From a virus (lineage: Duplodnaviria; Caudoviricetes), in IMG/VR virus record IMGVR_UViG_3300014204_000006, positions 37,484 through 101,483 of that record: DNA of 64,000 nt; one strand, given 5' to 3'. Position 1 is the stretch's first letter. Each line of letters starts with the position of its first letter. This document shows positions 19,248-29,959 of this stretch, one piece after another. The position numbers and the translations under genes are program-made. Under the pieces are notes generated by a model. That model ran no database searches. It had not been told where the DNA came from and saw nothing but the letters and a program-made list of their open reading frames with translations.

Positions 19248-21452
19248 TTATTTACCTGGTTGAGTTGACATAGCTCTATTTAAAATATTCGACTGCATAC
19301 TAGTAGTATTCCTTGATGGTATATTCGTATCTACTTTGCTTCCTGGAGCCCTGTTATGCCCTGCCATGTTTGGCATATATGATTTTGTGCTTTTATCGGC
19401 AGTTGGAACTCCATTAACCGTAGGAGGAATTCCACCATCTGCTAAAAGATTAATTGGTCTAGAAAACTGTGAAAATCCGCTTCCACTATTATAATTCTCA
19501 CCGGTCCTTCTGAGGTGTTTTATAACACTATGGAGAGATGATTTTGGAATGACATTTCCTATCCCTGGTCCTCCCATCCCCCCTGCTCCTCCTGAAGGAG
19601 GCATTGGAGCTCCTGGCAATCCCGCAGGCGGTCCTGTAGGTGGCGTCAATGGAGCCATCCCTGCTGGTGAGGTAGCCCCTGGGGTAGCTCCAGCTGGAGA
19701 CAATGGTTGCCCGTCTGGACCTACACCACCAGTTTCTGGGGTTTCTTCTGATTTGGTAACTCCATCTAAGGACCATCCCCAATCAGCTATTACTCTAGAT
19801 GTAAGTTTTTGCGGATCAATAAATGGCAAATTAATAAGAAGTTGATAAAGATCCATATCTTGCTTCTTTTTAACCTCATCTTGCCCAGCAATAGAAGGAA
19901 GTACTTTTGCACTATAATCAAAGAAACCATTTAAATCATCTTTTTCAATAAGAGGGAATTCAGGCTGACCATTCTTTCCAATTATCCGTATTTTCATCTT
20001 CTCTGTAAATAATTGCCTGTTTAAATCCATCCAATATCTAAGAACATCGGCATAAGCATCCCCTAGATGATTTACAAACATTCTGACACGTTCTAGGGTA
20101 GATTCTCTAAGATGACGCACTTCTGTGGCACTATTTGATCCTCCACCTATTCCTTGAGAAAAATCATCCACTCCTGAAGCATATTGCATATCTCCCTTTA
20201 ACAATTCCTCTTCCTTGTAAGCAGACGGCTTTATATCGCTAAACTGCACTTCTCTAACCCCATTTGGATCTATAGAATAAATTATACCGAATGGTCTTGT
20301 GACTAGTTCGTCTTTATTAACATTTGCTAAAGGATTTACAATCCACATCTTATGTATAGAGAGGGTAGCGGCATCAAGTCTCTGATTTTTAACCAAATTT
20401 AGCATAATTTGAGGACTTTCCAATATAAGCGGCAATCCATATCCTTCAAATTCTCCCGGGATCTTTAAATAAGAAGCATCAATAAAAGGAGCTTCTTTAA
20501 AGTCCATGGGTATAGGCATAGATCCTCCTTTAAAAATAGGGACACTGCTTCCCCCTACTATGACAGCGTATTCATCATCAAATGGCCTCCACCATTCGAA
20601 AATTTCATACATCTTTAACAAATTGTCTTGAGTATTATTATATTTATCCCCTCCAGCCCCTCCACTAGAAAAAGAGGATGCTGCTGAAGATTTTGTTGTG
20701 TTCAAATTAGTAGTCCTTACTTGTTGCCTTATTTGAGCATAATCAGTGAGGTCACCTCCTGGAGAGTTAATAGCTAATTGGAGCCTTTGTTTGTCTGCCA
20801 TTGGATATCTCCTGGTTATTTCAGCCTCTGTCAAAACTAACCGCTTGAACCAGAATTGCTTGCTTTTTCTAGCAGTATTGTGCCAATCATACCAAAGGTT
20901 GTAATTGTCTACCCATTCACACATGGGACCGTCAAAAAAGGTTCTTTCTTCTGTTTTCCACACATATTTAGAACTGGCTATGTCCTTTGACCTAAGAAAT
21001 TTTAACTTTCTTACATCTTTTTTCCAACTAACCTGTAAAAAACCTATTCCATAAATAAGTGTAGCACGAACAAAATCTTCATTTGTGGCATCCATTCCGG
21101 CTTTCTCCCAATCATAGTCCATCAATTTTACCTGCTTTTCCGCTCTGACTTGATCGTCTTCATTTCTTCCAATTACAGTAAACTCAGGTCTAGCGTCAAC
21201 TATACGTGGGACCATAGTTTCTACCGCCGATTGGATGTATGGAATCTGAACATTGGACTGCCATTTTTTTATTTCTCTCTGCCTATCTCCTCCATAAGCA
21301 ATATAAAGCTTATATGAACGATCAAGCCGTGGTTTTATCACGTTTAAGAAGTAATTCCTGGCATCGTCTCTTTGAATATTAAAAAGTCTTAGAAGTTCTT
21401 CCTCTTTTTTTCCAAAATTTGATGCATTATAGATAGTTCCGTACTTTTGCAT
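19248..21452 (-). CDS. Portal protein with a long Pro/Gly-rich C-terminal extension
   Basis: Follows TerL; SAVET..PRI, YGIGFLQVSW, Q..LN...NQRLD, SATEV portal-type motifs. Confidence 0.85.
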   Translation of the reverse strand: MQKYGTIYNASNFGKKEEELLRLFNIQRDDARNYFLNVIKPRLDRSYKLYIAYGGDRQREIKKWQSNVQIPYIQSAVETMVPRIVDARPEFTVIGRNEDDQVRAEKQVKLMDYDWEKAGMDATNEDFVRATLIYGIGFLQVSWKKDVRKLKFLRSKDIASSKYVWKTEERTFFDGPMCEWVDNYNLWYDWHNTARKSKQFWFKRLVLTEAEITRRYPMADKQRLQLAINSPGGDLTDYAQIRQQVRTTNLNTTKSSAASSFSSGGAGGDKYNNTQDNLLKMYEIFEWWRPFDDEYAVIVGGSSVPIFKGGSMPIPMDFKEAPFIDASYLKIPGEFEGYGLPLILESPQIMLNLVKNQRLDAATLSIHKMWIVNPLANVNKDELVTRPFGIIYSIDPNGVREVQFSDIKPSAYKEEELLKGDMQYASGVDDFSQGIGGGSNSATEVRHLRESTLERVRMFVNHLGDAYADVLRYWMDLNRQLFTEKMKIRIIGKNGQPEFPLIEKDDLNGFFDYSAKVLPSIAGQDEVKKKQDMDLYQLLINLPFIDPQKLTSRVIADWGWSLDGVTKSEETPETGGVGPDGQPLSPAGATPGATSPAGMAPLTPPTGPPAGLPGAPMPPSGGAGGMGGPGIGNVIPKSSLHSVIKHLRRTGENYNSGSGFSQFSRPINLLADGGIPPTVNGVPTADKSTKSYMPNMAGHNRAPGSKVDTNIPSRNTTSMQSNILNRAMSTQPGK

Positions 21453-21495
21453 GAATAAATTGTATCAAAGTCCTTTTTTTAGTTTGTTTTTTGAT

Positions 21496-22944
21496 TTAAT
21501 ATGAAAAATTAGATGGAAGTATGCCTTCATAGTCAATTTGCTCCAATTTTCCTCCGTACATGACCTTGAAACCTTGAAAACCAATAGCGGAAGCGAAAAT
21601 ACAGTCATCGTTGAACCCTCCTTGAGAGACCATATCGCCGGAATCATTAAAAACAAAGGTTAGCATTTCATCCATAGTCTTTTCGGTATGTATTTTCAAA
21701 CTCCTATCAGATAACGCCTCTCTTAGATCATCAATCATAAGCGGTCTGGTAATTTTCGTGGTTTTCCAGCCCATTCTGTCTCCGAAAGAGGTCCCCATAG
21801 TGTCCATCTTTACTACAGGCCTGAAATAAATTTGAGGATACATCCTATTTTTTAAAGCTGTGACAGTAGTAAGGCCATGGTTATTAATTTCCACCACCAT
21901 TAGAGCGTTGTTATAGAACCTTCCAACCTTATCCAAAAAATAACCAAATCTTTCTGGAGACATATGTCCTCTCCAAAATGCCACTTCATGGCCTGATCTC
22001 CTATCATATACGGTCAATACGGAATAATCTCCTCCAGTTACACCCTCAGAAACGTCTGCTCCTACAATATAAGTTCTTCCTTCCTTTGGTTTAAAATACA
22101 TGATCAAATCGTCTTCATCTTTTTCAACTATTCCCTTTATCCCGTCATCATCAGTAGTCTCGTCACCTACCTTTAATACATCAAGTCTCAATAGCTTAAT
22201 TAATTGAGAGGAAAAAACCGGCCTTCCTGCTGCCATGAATTCTAGCCCATATTCCTGAGCAAACTTCATGGGGTTGTTTATTCTCCTTCTTATTATTTCT
22301 ATTTCTTCTTCATTATATCCCCACCACCACCCATATTTTTTCTTGCAATAATCGTTTTCTGACATCCACATCTTATGGTACTGATTTCCCATACCATTTG
22401 GGGTGCTCTCAATAATTATCTTACCATCCGATGGGACGGCATTTTCAATCGCCAACATTTTTTCCGATGCCTTTTCCCAGAAAGCTAACTCTGTGGCCAA
22501 AACATTATGAAGAGTATATCCTCTACCTACATTTTCACTAGATGGCAACACAAGTATTTTTGAATCTATGGCTGGGAATGATATTTCATATTTTGAATTA
22601 TATTGTATTTGAGGACGTATAGATTCTGGAGTGGTACGATAAAAGGTTTTAACTTTATCAAGAAGTTCTGCTGTTAGGTCAGAATTATATCCGATAAGAG
22701 CAGTATTTGTCCCTGGAGTAATAATTGTTCTATGATAAAGGTATCCTACTGCAGCTGTAGAAAATCCTATCTGCCGGGCTTTCAAAATTATCACCCTAGA
22801 ATGAGTATTTATGGCATTGAAAAGATCCTTCTGAGCTTCATTTAAAATAAACGGAGCAAGACCGGGAGTTTTTCCCTTGATTTTCGTGAACGACTCTAAA
22901 TAAAATTTAGGATCTAAAAGTTTATCAATGCTATTTTGTGTCAT
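21496..22944 (-). CDS. terL: Terminase large subunit
   Basis: LKARQIGFST Walker A, LATELAFW Walker B, IESTPNG, GADVSEG and DD.IFA nuclease motifs. Confidence 0.95.
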   Translation of the reverse strand: MTQNSIDKLLDPKFYLESFTKIKGKTPGLAPFILNEAQKDLFNAINTHSRVIILKARQIGFSTAAVGYLYHRTIITPGTNTALIGYNSDLTAELLDKVKTFYRTTPESIRPQIQYNSKYEISFPAIDSKILVLPSSENVGRGYTLHNVLATELAFWEKASEKMLAIENAVPSDGKIIIESTPNGMGNQYHKMWMSENDYCKKKYGWWWGYNEEEIEIIRRRINNPMKFAQEYGLEFMAAGRPVFSSQLIKLLRLDVLKVGDETTDDDGIKGIVEKDEDDLIMYFKPKEGRTYIVGADVSEGVTGGDYSVLTVYDRRSGHEVAFWRGHMSPERFGYFLDKVGRFYNNALMVVEINNHGLTTVTALKNRMYPQIYFRPVVKMDTMGTSFGDRMGWKTTKITRPLMIDDLREALSDRSLKIHTEKTMDEMLTFVFNDSGDMVSQGGFNDDCIFASAIGFQGFKVMYGGKLEQIDYEGILPSNFSY

Positions 22945-23479
22945 AAATGCTTCCGGTTACTATTGCTTCATCTTCCTGCTTTATCTTTTCTGATTCAGGT
23001 GTTTCAGGCTCTATTACTTTATATGGTTCTAATCCTGAATCAATATATCCTCCGTCTGCTTTTTCCTCCTCAATCTTTTTTAACAACGCTTCCTCCCAAG
23101 TACCTTCGGTACCAACAGTTTCTATATCATATTTTTCCATTCCCACCGATTTTAACAATGTCTGGAACGCCTTTAATCTATCAGCATCTTTTTCTCCACT
23201 GTCTGCGATTCCTTTTATCCCTTTAGTTATGTAATCGAAGGAAATACCACACCGGTTAAGAGCCTCATGATATTCTTTCCTCATAGCTAATTTATCCAAC
23301 GTCCTATAAACCTCGGCCACGGTTTTTACCCCTATCATTTCTCTCAATTTTTTAGGGTCCTGAGTAACCTTTAACGCCTTCAATAGAAACATCTGCTGAG
23401 TAGTATTTTGAGCCCCAGACGCCGGTTTTGCTGTGGTATAAACAATCGGCCTGAGCCTTATTTTTTTTGGTTCTTCCAT
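22931..23479 (-). CDS. Probable terminase small subunit
   Basis: Overlaps the TerL start; helical with D.DRLKA..TLLK motif. Confidence 0.5.
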   Translation of the reverse strand: MEEPKKIRLRPIVYTTAKPASGAQNTTQQMFLLKALKVTQDPKKLREMIGVKTVAEVYRTLDKLAMRKEYHEALNRCGISFDYITKGIKGIADSGEKDADRLKAFQTLLKSVGMEKYDIETVGTEGTWEEALLKKIEEEKADGGYIDSGLEPYKVIEPETPESEKIKQEDEAIVTGSIYDTK

Positions 23480-24136
23480 TTATTTAAAGTTAAATTTTTT
23501 ATGTTCCCACCACCTTTTTAATTTATTATTCCTTATATAAGGCCAATTTAAATGTCCTCCTATCAACTGATATTTATTGACATTGTTGTCATCATTGTAG
23601 CAAAGGGCCCAGTTCGTAGCCCAGTTTATAAATTCCGCATATGACATCCCTCTTTTTTCAGCCTCTTCAAGCAATTCCAGCCTCTCATCCATTTGATAAA
23701 CGAATACCAGATAATCTAGGGTTATTTTTTTGTATGGATATTTATATTCTTCCGGCTCTTTAAACGGATCATGATACAAAAAATCAGGAAAGAAGTCTAT
23801 CAAATAAGTAGCAACAGGGGTAAAACAAAAATTAGCCGTAAGGACACGATGACTGGTCCCTACCGCTACTTTATTAAATCTGCTAAATAATATATCGCTC
23901 CAGACCCCGTTTCCTCTTCGCTTTATTCTTCTCCTACCGTCCATTACAAGCTGTTTTTCTAACCATATCTCTTTTATAGTGGATTCAAATATAGAAAGGT
24001 GGGTTTCTTTATAAAAGTTTCTAAATTTCAATATCAATTCATCCAATGATCCGTCAACTGATTTTATCCTTCCATTGATATTGGACCACTTACTTATATC
24101 GCAAAGATCACTGTAAATTTTGGGATAATGCTTCAT
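23480..24136 (-). CDS. Hypothetical protein
   Basis: 218-aa ORF in operon. Confidence 0.55.
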   Translation of the reverse strand: MKHYPKIYSDLCDISKWSNINGRIKSVDGSLDELILKFRNFYKETHLSIFESTIKEIWLEKQLVMDGRRRIKRRGNGVWSDILFSRFNKVAVGTSHRVLTANFCFTPVATYLIDFFPDFLYHDPFKEPEEYKYPYKKITLDYLVFVYQMDERLELLEEAEKRGMSYAEFINWATNWALCYNDDNNVNKYQLIGGHLNWPYIRNNKLKRWWEHKKFNFK

Positions 24137-24503
24137 TGTCGTTTATATTATTCATATTATTTTCATCTGGTTTGCCCAATAGCGCATCCATGTTTTTTTC
24201 AAACATTGAAGCTAATTCTGGGTTAAGTTGTTGTAATTTTGCTATAAAAGCGGCTACTGATTCACGATTAGACAAATCTATTCCTGATGCCTGCAATCTT
24301 TCAAATACTTGTTTTAGTACACTTTTTCTGCTTATCTCAGCCTTATTGCTTGAAGCAAATCTTGTAGCTTCCAATGTCTTCATTTGCCCTTTTATTTTTT
24401 CTAGCAAATCCAAAAGTTCCTGCCTCTGAGCTTGTGAAATAGGAGCTCCTCCAGCTGCAGGATCTTGAGTGGGATCTATTTGTGTTGGTTGAGGTATATT
24501 CAT
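24108..24503 (-). CDS. Hypothetical protein
   Basis: 131-aa ORF with promoter motif 7 nt upstream. Confidence 0.55.
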   Translation of the reverse strand: MNIPQPTQIDPTQDPAAGGAPISQAQRQELLDLLEKIKGQMKTLEATRFASSNKAEISRKSVLKQVFERLQASGIDLSNRESVAAFIAKLQQLNPELASMFEKNMDALLGKPDENNMNNINDNEALSQNLQ

Positions 24504-24524
24504 ATAATTATTTTAACACAGTAC

Positions 24525-27500
24525 TTAATTATTAATACTATTGTTATCTTTAGCTGCGAAATTAGTATTGACAGGGGCCTGAACAGAGATTCCTAATGCT
24601 TGAGCAATAGCCCTATCCCTTCTGGAAGAAGCATCCTCTTTGCTAGATATTCCCAATTGATTTTTACCATTTTTTGCCATGGCTAGTTGCCTCCATCTAT
24701 AGCTAGGAATATAAGGAGCAGCGGCTTCTGGAGTCAATAATCCAGCGAATGAAGCTACATTAGGAACAAAGGCTTCTCCTAATGTTCTGGCTCCATATCC
24801 GACTTTCTCTATTGCGTTAGCATCTACAGGATATAGCGGTTGCCCAAATTGACCCTGTGGTTCTATTGCTTCTCCTAATATCAATGGCTGAATAAAATAA
24901 TCAAACAAAGTGCTACCCAAAGGATCTTTCATCAATGGGGATGATTGAACTGTTTGGACAAGTTGTTCCTTAGCAGAACTTCCATAATCAGTTTGCGTAG
25001 GATTAAACATATTCAAAGAATAATATGGGATCATACTTGCCATATTCATATATATAGGATTTTTATCAAAGAATGGCATCCTCATCATTCCTGGTTGTTT
25101 TAAATATGAATAATAAGATGAGTCAAGAGCCTTTTTTTCTAGTGGAGTTTTAGATCCACCTAATTCCGTCATAGCAAACCCTACCTTATTAAATGCTGCT
25201 GGGTTATAAGCCAATGTTTGCCCGGTTTTTATTGTCATCCCATACATAAATGAAACGAATGGAGAACCGAGTAATGGTAAGTTCCTCATCACCTTTACGG
25301 CTGATGGCATTGCAGCATAATTCAAATACATAACATTAGAAAGTTCCAAAGCATTCCTTCCAGAAATAGCATATCGTTTCTCGGTTAAAAGTTTTCCTGA
25401 TTCATCTTTTAATACAGTCCTTATCTCTTCTGGGTTTATATCTATAAGTTTAGATATTTTTCTAAGTTCATTCATTGTATAACCATCAACGGTAGCAGAC
25501 AGAAAGGTAGCCATTTTAAAAGTTTGGTCAATTTTTTCATAACCCTCAGGAGCCTTATTAAATATATAATTAAGGACTTTAAATGTTTTATTATCAGGTT
25601 CTTTCGCAGCCTTTTCTGCAATATACTCGAAGAGTTCTGATGCAGCCTTATTAGAAAATAACTCCTGGGAAGCCATTCCCGTTCCCAAATCCATACTAGT
25701 TACTCCCTCTATTCCTTTTTCTCTTATTGCCCGTTTGGACAGAGATACCGTAGATCTATTTTTAGCCAGTGTTTCTGCAGTTTTCATGTCTGCTTGTCTA
25801 GCTATATCAGCTAAAACATTGTTAACCTCTTCTGGGTTTAAAGCATCTTTTATTATCCCTGCGTCTATTCCTTGCATTGACACTCTTTCCACTACATAAT
25901 TTGACAAACCCTTCCTGCCAGTTACAGGATTTCCTAAATAAGAAGTATCTCCTAAGCTTCCTGATGCTGCTGTTTTGTTTTCAGCTAAAGCTCTTCTTAT
26001 CAAGTCTCCTCCCTTTTCCCCTCCTCCTGCATCCATCATTAACCCGTCAAGATAAGCTAATTTACCGGACTTTTGTCTATAATTAAGTGTAAAAGAATCT
26101 CCAAGTCTCTTTAAGAAATTTCCGCCTATGCTTGCCCCTGCCATGTGGGTCATTAACATATTTCCGACTACAGCGTTTACCCATGATGATGGAGATGCAG
26201 CAACTTTTGCTACTCTAAATATTGACATTCCCTTATCGTAACTATCCATAGTGACCTTCCCTATTTGTTTTATTTTTCCTATATTTCTATCAGTTTTTAT
26301 AGTATAGTCACGTATTCCTTTCATCATATTGTCGAACCACTTCACTCCTGTCTGATCTAATGCTCCAGAATTAACTATTTTAGAAATATCCTCTAGTGAG
26401 ATCGGAGATCCTCCTACCTTTTCATTTGTTATCCTTAATGCGTTTTCCATCGGATCAAGAGTAGTAAACTTGCTAGAATCATCCAAAAGAACAGATGCAG
26501 CATCATCAGCATCCTTCACTAGTAGCGGAGATGCTTGTTCTACTTTGTCCCCTAAGCCCAATGCCTCTATACTAGTCATTTTTTTATCCACATCTTGAGG
26601 GGAAATTATGTCAGTAGGTCCATCCATATTTATATTATAAGCAACTTGTCCTTCAGGTATAGCTTTCATTTCTTTCATCTTCTGTTCTGCCTGAGCGGTA
26701 GCTTCCTTCAAGAACGGTTCCATAGATTCTCCTTTGCTATGAGCATTTATAGCACCCTTAAGATCAACATTCACTCCTAGAGATTGTTGCATGATATCCT
26801 TTATTCTAGCTTGACGGACCCAATCTACCGGGTCATATACAAAGTGTTTTATAAAATTTTCCCCTCCAGGAGTAGCTTTTATAGCGGACTCAGAAACTTT
26901 TTTAAGACCCTGCCTGAATACTCCCAACAAGTTTGCGTCCTTGTTAGCTATCACGTTGGCAAGATCATATCCACTCATTTTTTCCCATGCCTCTGTAGCT
27001 TTTATTGATTTAGCACCCAAGTTTGCAAAAGCTTCCGATTTTCTAAAAAATGGAGTAAATTTTCCTAAGGTAGTGGCTTTTTCCAGCACACCAGCTTTTG
27101 TCGCTATAGAAAGCCCCTTGGCTAGTCCTTCTCCAGTTTTGACTCCTTTCACTGCACCCATAAATACCTTGGGTACCAAGGCTCCTGTTCCCATTGTTGC
27201 CCAGTTGACAGGGTCCAAGGCTATATCTAAAGCAAATCCAAGCGGGGTAGAGACTGCTCCAGGAACATTTGATGTCCTAAGTATATCCCCAAACGTGCTC
27301 TTATCTCTTACCATATTGTCAGCTATATCACCATAAAGTGAGCCTTTTCCTTGCCCGATAAAATGCTTTGTTGCTCCAGCTACAATATATAGCGGTCTTG
27401 TCAAAAAATCTAGAGCAGAGCCTATCATACCTAACTTTGTTCCTTCTTCTTTAGCATTTTTTTGTTCATCTGTTCCATACCACTGCGTTCTTAACTTTTG

Positions 27501-27695
27501 ATCATTAAGTGTTTGTATTCTAGATTGAAGTTTTTGAAGAGATGTTTGATTTGAAACATCTAAAGACGTAGGAGTCCCTTCTCCTCCTAACGCAGTATTA
27601 GATGTATTTAGTTTATTTTGATATCCAGAAGCCTCTTTTTTTAAACTATCTATTTGAGAAGTAAGATTTGGGATATCATTTATTGTTGTAGCCAT
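24525..27695 (-). CDS. Large internal virion / DNA ejection protein
   Basis: ~1056 aa helical; GFALDIALDP.N motif and C-terminal NY......V.....PF.SF.Y pattern of podovirus-like ejection proteins; ATG 27695 preferred. Confidence 0.6.
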   Translation of the reverse strand: MATTINDIPNLTSQIDSLKKEASGYQNKLNTSNTALGGEGTPTSLDVSNQTSLQKLQSRIQTLNDQKLRTQWYGTDEQKNAKEEGTKLGMIGSALDFLTRPLYIVAGATKHFIGQGKGSLYGDIADNMVRDKSTFGDILRTSNVPGAVSTPLGFALDIALDPVNWATMGTGALVPKVFMGAVKGVKTGEGLAKGLSIATKAGVLEKATTLGKFTPFFRKSEAFANLGAKSIKATEAWEKMSGYDLANVIANKDANLLGVFRQGLKKVSESAIKATPGGENFIKHFVYDPVDWVRQARIKDIMQQSLGVNVDLKGAINAHSKGESMEPFLKEATAQAEQKMKEMKAIPEGQVAYNINMDGPTDIISPQDVDKKMTSIEALGLGDKVEQASPLLVKDADDAASVLLDDSSKFTTLDPMENALRITNEKVGGSPISLEDISKIVNSGALDQTGVKWFDNMMKGIRDYTIKTDRNIGKIKQIGKVTMDSYDKGMSIFRVAKVAASPSSWVNAVVGNMLMTHMAGASIGGNFLKRLGDSFTLNYRQKSGKLAYLDGLMMDAGGGEKGGDLIRRALAENKTAASGSLGDTSYLGNPVTGRKGLSNYVVERVSMQGIDAGIIKDALNPEEVNNVLADIARQADMKTAETLAKNRSTVSLSKRAIREKGIEGVTSMDLGTGMASQELFSNKAASELFEYIAEKAAKEPDNKTFKVLNYIFNKAPEGYEKIDQTFKMATFLSATVDGYTMNELRKISKLIDINPEEIRTVLKDESGKLLTEKRYAISGRNALELSNVMYLNYAAMPSAVKVMRNLPLLGSPFVSFMYGMTIKTGQTLAYNPAAFNKVGFAMTELGGSKTPLEKKALDSSYYSYLKQPGMMRMPFFDKNPIYMNMASMIPYYSLNMFNPTQTDYGSSAKEQLVQTVQSSPLMKDPLGSTLFDYFIQPLILGEAIEPQGQFGQPLYPVDANAIEKVGYGARTLGEAFVPNVASFAGLLTPEAAAPYIPSYRWRQLAMAKNGKNQLGISSKEDASSRRDRAIAQALGISVQAPVNTNFAAKDNNSINN

Positions 27696-27722
27696 ATGGG
27701 ATAAGTATAACAAGGTCCCATT

Positions 27723-28115
27723 TTACTCCAGAGTATTTCCAAGGACTTTTTCCCTAGGATCAAGCATACCCTCTCTCCCACTTCTTTGCTCAAATTGAGA
27801 AAAATATTTTCTCCAAGCCTCCTTGGGATAAAATTTCAAAACATATTTGCCAACTATCATTTTTTTAAATTGTCCGGCCAGTCCTACCCTATCTTTTTGC
27901 TTAACTAACGCAAAAACTCCTAAATGAGGCAGAGTAGCCACTCCATTTTTTCTTAGTTCGTTGGTTATAAGTCTCACCAGCCCCATATAAAAATCCTTTA
28001 TGCTATCGGAATCAACATAATTATTCTGTTCAGACAGCAACCTAAAAAAAGTATCCTCGTTAAGAACACCCTTTTTAGCCAGTTGGCTTAGTTGTATCGG
28101 CGGTTTATGAGCCAT
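27723..28115 (-). CDS. HU/IHF-like DNA-binding protein
   Basis: I.NEL..NG.ATLPHLGVF.L.....R.G...VLKFYP pattern. Confidence 0.6.
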   Translation of the reverse strand: MAHKPPIQLSQLAKKGVLNEDTFFRLLSEQNNYVDSDSIKDFYMGLVRLITNELRKNGVATLPHLGVFALVKQKDRVGLAGQFKKMIVGKYVLKFYPKEAWRKYFSQFEQRSGREGMLDPREKVLGNTLE

Positions 28116-28458
28116 TTTGATATATATATCTACGGTAACAGGATTACAGTTTACCTGTGAGTTCGCCCCTATAATCTTCTTTTATTTTTGAGACATGCCA
28201 CGGCCCACCGGGCATATCTGAGCTCTCCCATAGAGGACGGGATCTTTGCTCTAAATGACGTAATCAATTCACCGTCTGCAGATAGCTGCATGATTCTTTT
28301 TAGTCACTGGCTTATTAAGTTTATTTGAAGCCACTTCGCTGCTATAATCATTTAAGTGTAGACAAACTACCACGCTAATGAACCCTAATGTTTTTTCACG
28401 TGTGCGTTACCTCCTAGCAAGAGGTTCTTCCGCCATACCGAGGATATAAATACCAAAA
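28115..28458 (-). ncRNA. ~340-nt structured RNA on a tRNA-like scaffold
   Basis: 23-bp terminal stem (TTTTGGTATTTATATCCTCGGTA / TACCGTAGATATATATATCAAAA), TGGCG...CGC arm, ACAGG-loop-CCTGT arm, many internal hairpins, promoter upstream. Confidence 0.6.
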
Positions 28459-28475
28459 GTTAAAGTACTATTTAT

Positions 28476-28504
28476 ATAATATATTTTTGATAACTATTTG
28501 TCAA
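28476..28504 (-). promoter_or_regulatory. Sigma70-type promoter
   Basis: TTGACA(AATAG)-17 bp-TATTAT. Confidence 0.7.
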
Positions 28505-28609
28505 GCCACTTAGACTATGCTATATTTGTATTATAGTTTTTTGACAATATGATCAGACATAATATGGGCATTAAGTCTCCAGAGAGGAGCATGAAGTCCC
28601 TACAAAAAT

Positions 28610-29353
28610 ATGTTAAAACAAGACTTTGAGGTTTCTATCTTAATTAATGGAAACAAAGCTAAAGAGTATTTCCACAAAGGAAAGACTTATATAGAGGGAA
28701 GAAAAAATACAAATTTTTCTATATTGATCAAGAATAATTCCTATCAGAAAAAATTGTTCATACCAACGATAGATGGAATTTCTGTTTTGGATGGAAAATT
28801 AGGAGATTATTCTTCAGGAGGATATATCGTCCCCGGTAATAAATCCATAACTATAGAAGGATGGAGGATAAGTGATAACGAAGTGGCATCATTCTATTTC
28901 TCTTCTCCAGAAAAATCGTATGGTAAACAAATAAGCTTAGGAGATAATCTAGGAGTAATAGGAGTAGCAGTATTTAACGAGAAACATAAACCAGTCTTCG
29001 TTACCACCACTTCACCCTGGGGGGGCACTACGATGGTACAAAGAGGGTATAATTATGAATTTACAACGAGAAAATCTACATGGAGTCCGTGGGATGTTTC
29101 TCCTGTGAGCCTATGTGCATCCATTACCTCTCCTCAGGAGCAAAAATTAGGGACAGGATGGGGAGATAACAAGGAAAGCATAGTGACAACGGTATCATTC
29201 GAGAAAGAAGATTATCCAGAAGGAATGATAGAAATATTCTATAACACCAAAGATGAATTGGATAAAGCCGGTATAACAAAAAAGAAGGAGCCACTTTATG
29301 TGACCCCCCAAGCATTTCCTAATCAGTATTGCAAACCTCCTAAGCAACAATAA
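28610..29353 (+). CDS. Conserved hypothetical protein, lone plus-strand gene in the late region
   Basis: YIEG, IDGISVLDG, GYIV, IEGWR, NLGVIGVAVF.E motifs. Confidence 0.7.
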   Translation: MLKQDFEVSILINGNKAKEYFHKGKTYIEGRKNTNFSILIKNNSYQKKLFIPTIDGISVLDGKLGDYSSGGYIVPGNKSITIEGWRISDNEVASFYFSSPEKSYGKQISLGDNLGVIGVAVFNEKHKPVFVTTTSPWGGTTMVQRGYNYEFTTRKSTWSPWDVSPVSLCASITSPQEQKLGTGWGDNKESIVTTVSFEKEDYPEGMIEIFYNTKDELDKAGITKKKEPLYVTPQAFPNQYCKPPKQQ

Positions 29354-29388
29354 ACCTTAATAAACCGTCTGATCATATTGCTATAAAA

Positions 29389-29571
29389 CTATTTTGAATC
29401 TCTTAAAAATTCAATTAATGCTTGTAATATTCCAATAAATTCTATCTTTCCTGCTGATTCATTCTTTGTAACACTAACTCTATTTCCATCTGTTTCTAAA
29501 ACTATCTGTCTAATTTTTCTTTCTTGTTTAGCTACTGGCTTCACTTGCTCTTCGTTTTTTATTGTTTCCAT
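29389..29571 (-). CDS. Hypothetical protein
   Basis: Short ORF ending the tail operon. Confidence 0.5.
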   Translation of the reverse strand: METIKNEEQVKPVAKQERKIRQIVLETDGNRVSVTKNESAGKIEFIGILQALIEFLRDSK

Positions 29572-29587
29572 ATTTTTTTAAATTTAA

Positions 29588-29959
29588 TTATTTAACTTTT
29601 TTAATGATCTCTTTAGTTACATGATTGATCCTGTAATCCAAAGGACTTTCTGGAGAAGTATCTTCAAATTTCATCAGAAGATCAATCTTGTCAATATTAT
29701 GTTCTATAATTTTATTTCTTTTTTTAACTTCAGTTGCTAACTCTTTTTTAAATAAATTATCTCCTACCTCTATTATTTTTTCTACCTCATCATTATATTC
29801 TTCAAGTTCGTCTGTTTCTTCCCATCCTATTATCAGTTTATCAATATTCTCTTTTCCTATCCCATTATCAATATGACATTCCATACTTTTTTTATTATGA
29901 ACCCTGCCATCAATTGTAGCAAAAACATCCCCAGTTCTTTTTTCATAAAATAAAATCAT
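29588..29959 (-). CDS. Hypothetical tail-associated protein
   Basis: MILFYEKRTG.V N-terminus; operon position. Confidence 0.5.
   Translation of the reverse strand: MILFYEKRTGDVFATIDGRVHNKKSMECHIDNGIGKENIDKLIIGWEETDELEEYNDEVEKIIEVGDNLFKKELATEVKKRNKIIEHNIDKIDLLMKFEDTSPESPLDYRINHVTKEIIKKVK

Noticed and set aside
28115-28458. tmRNA
   Set aside because: No GGGG-C 5' end with G3-U70, no TTCGA T-loop or CCA, and no evident tag reading frame; a covariance search is still advisable.
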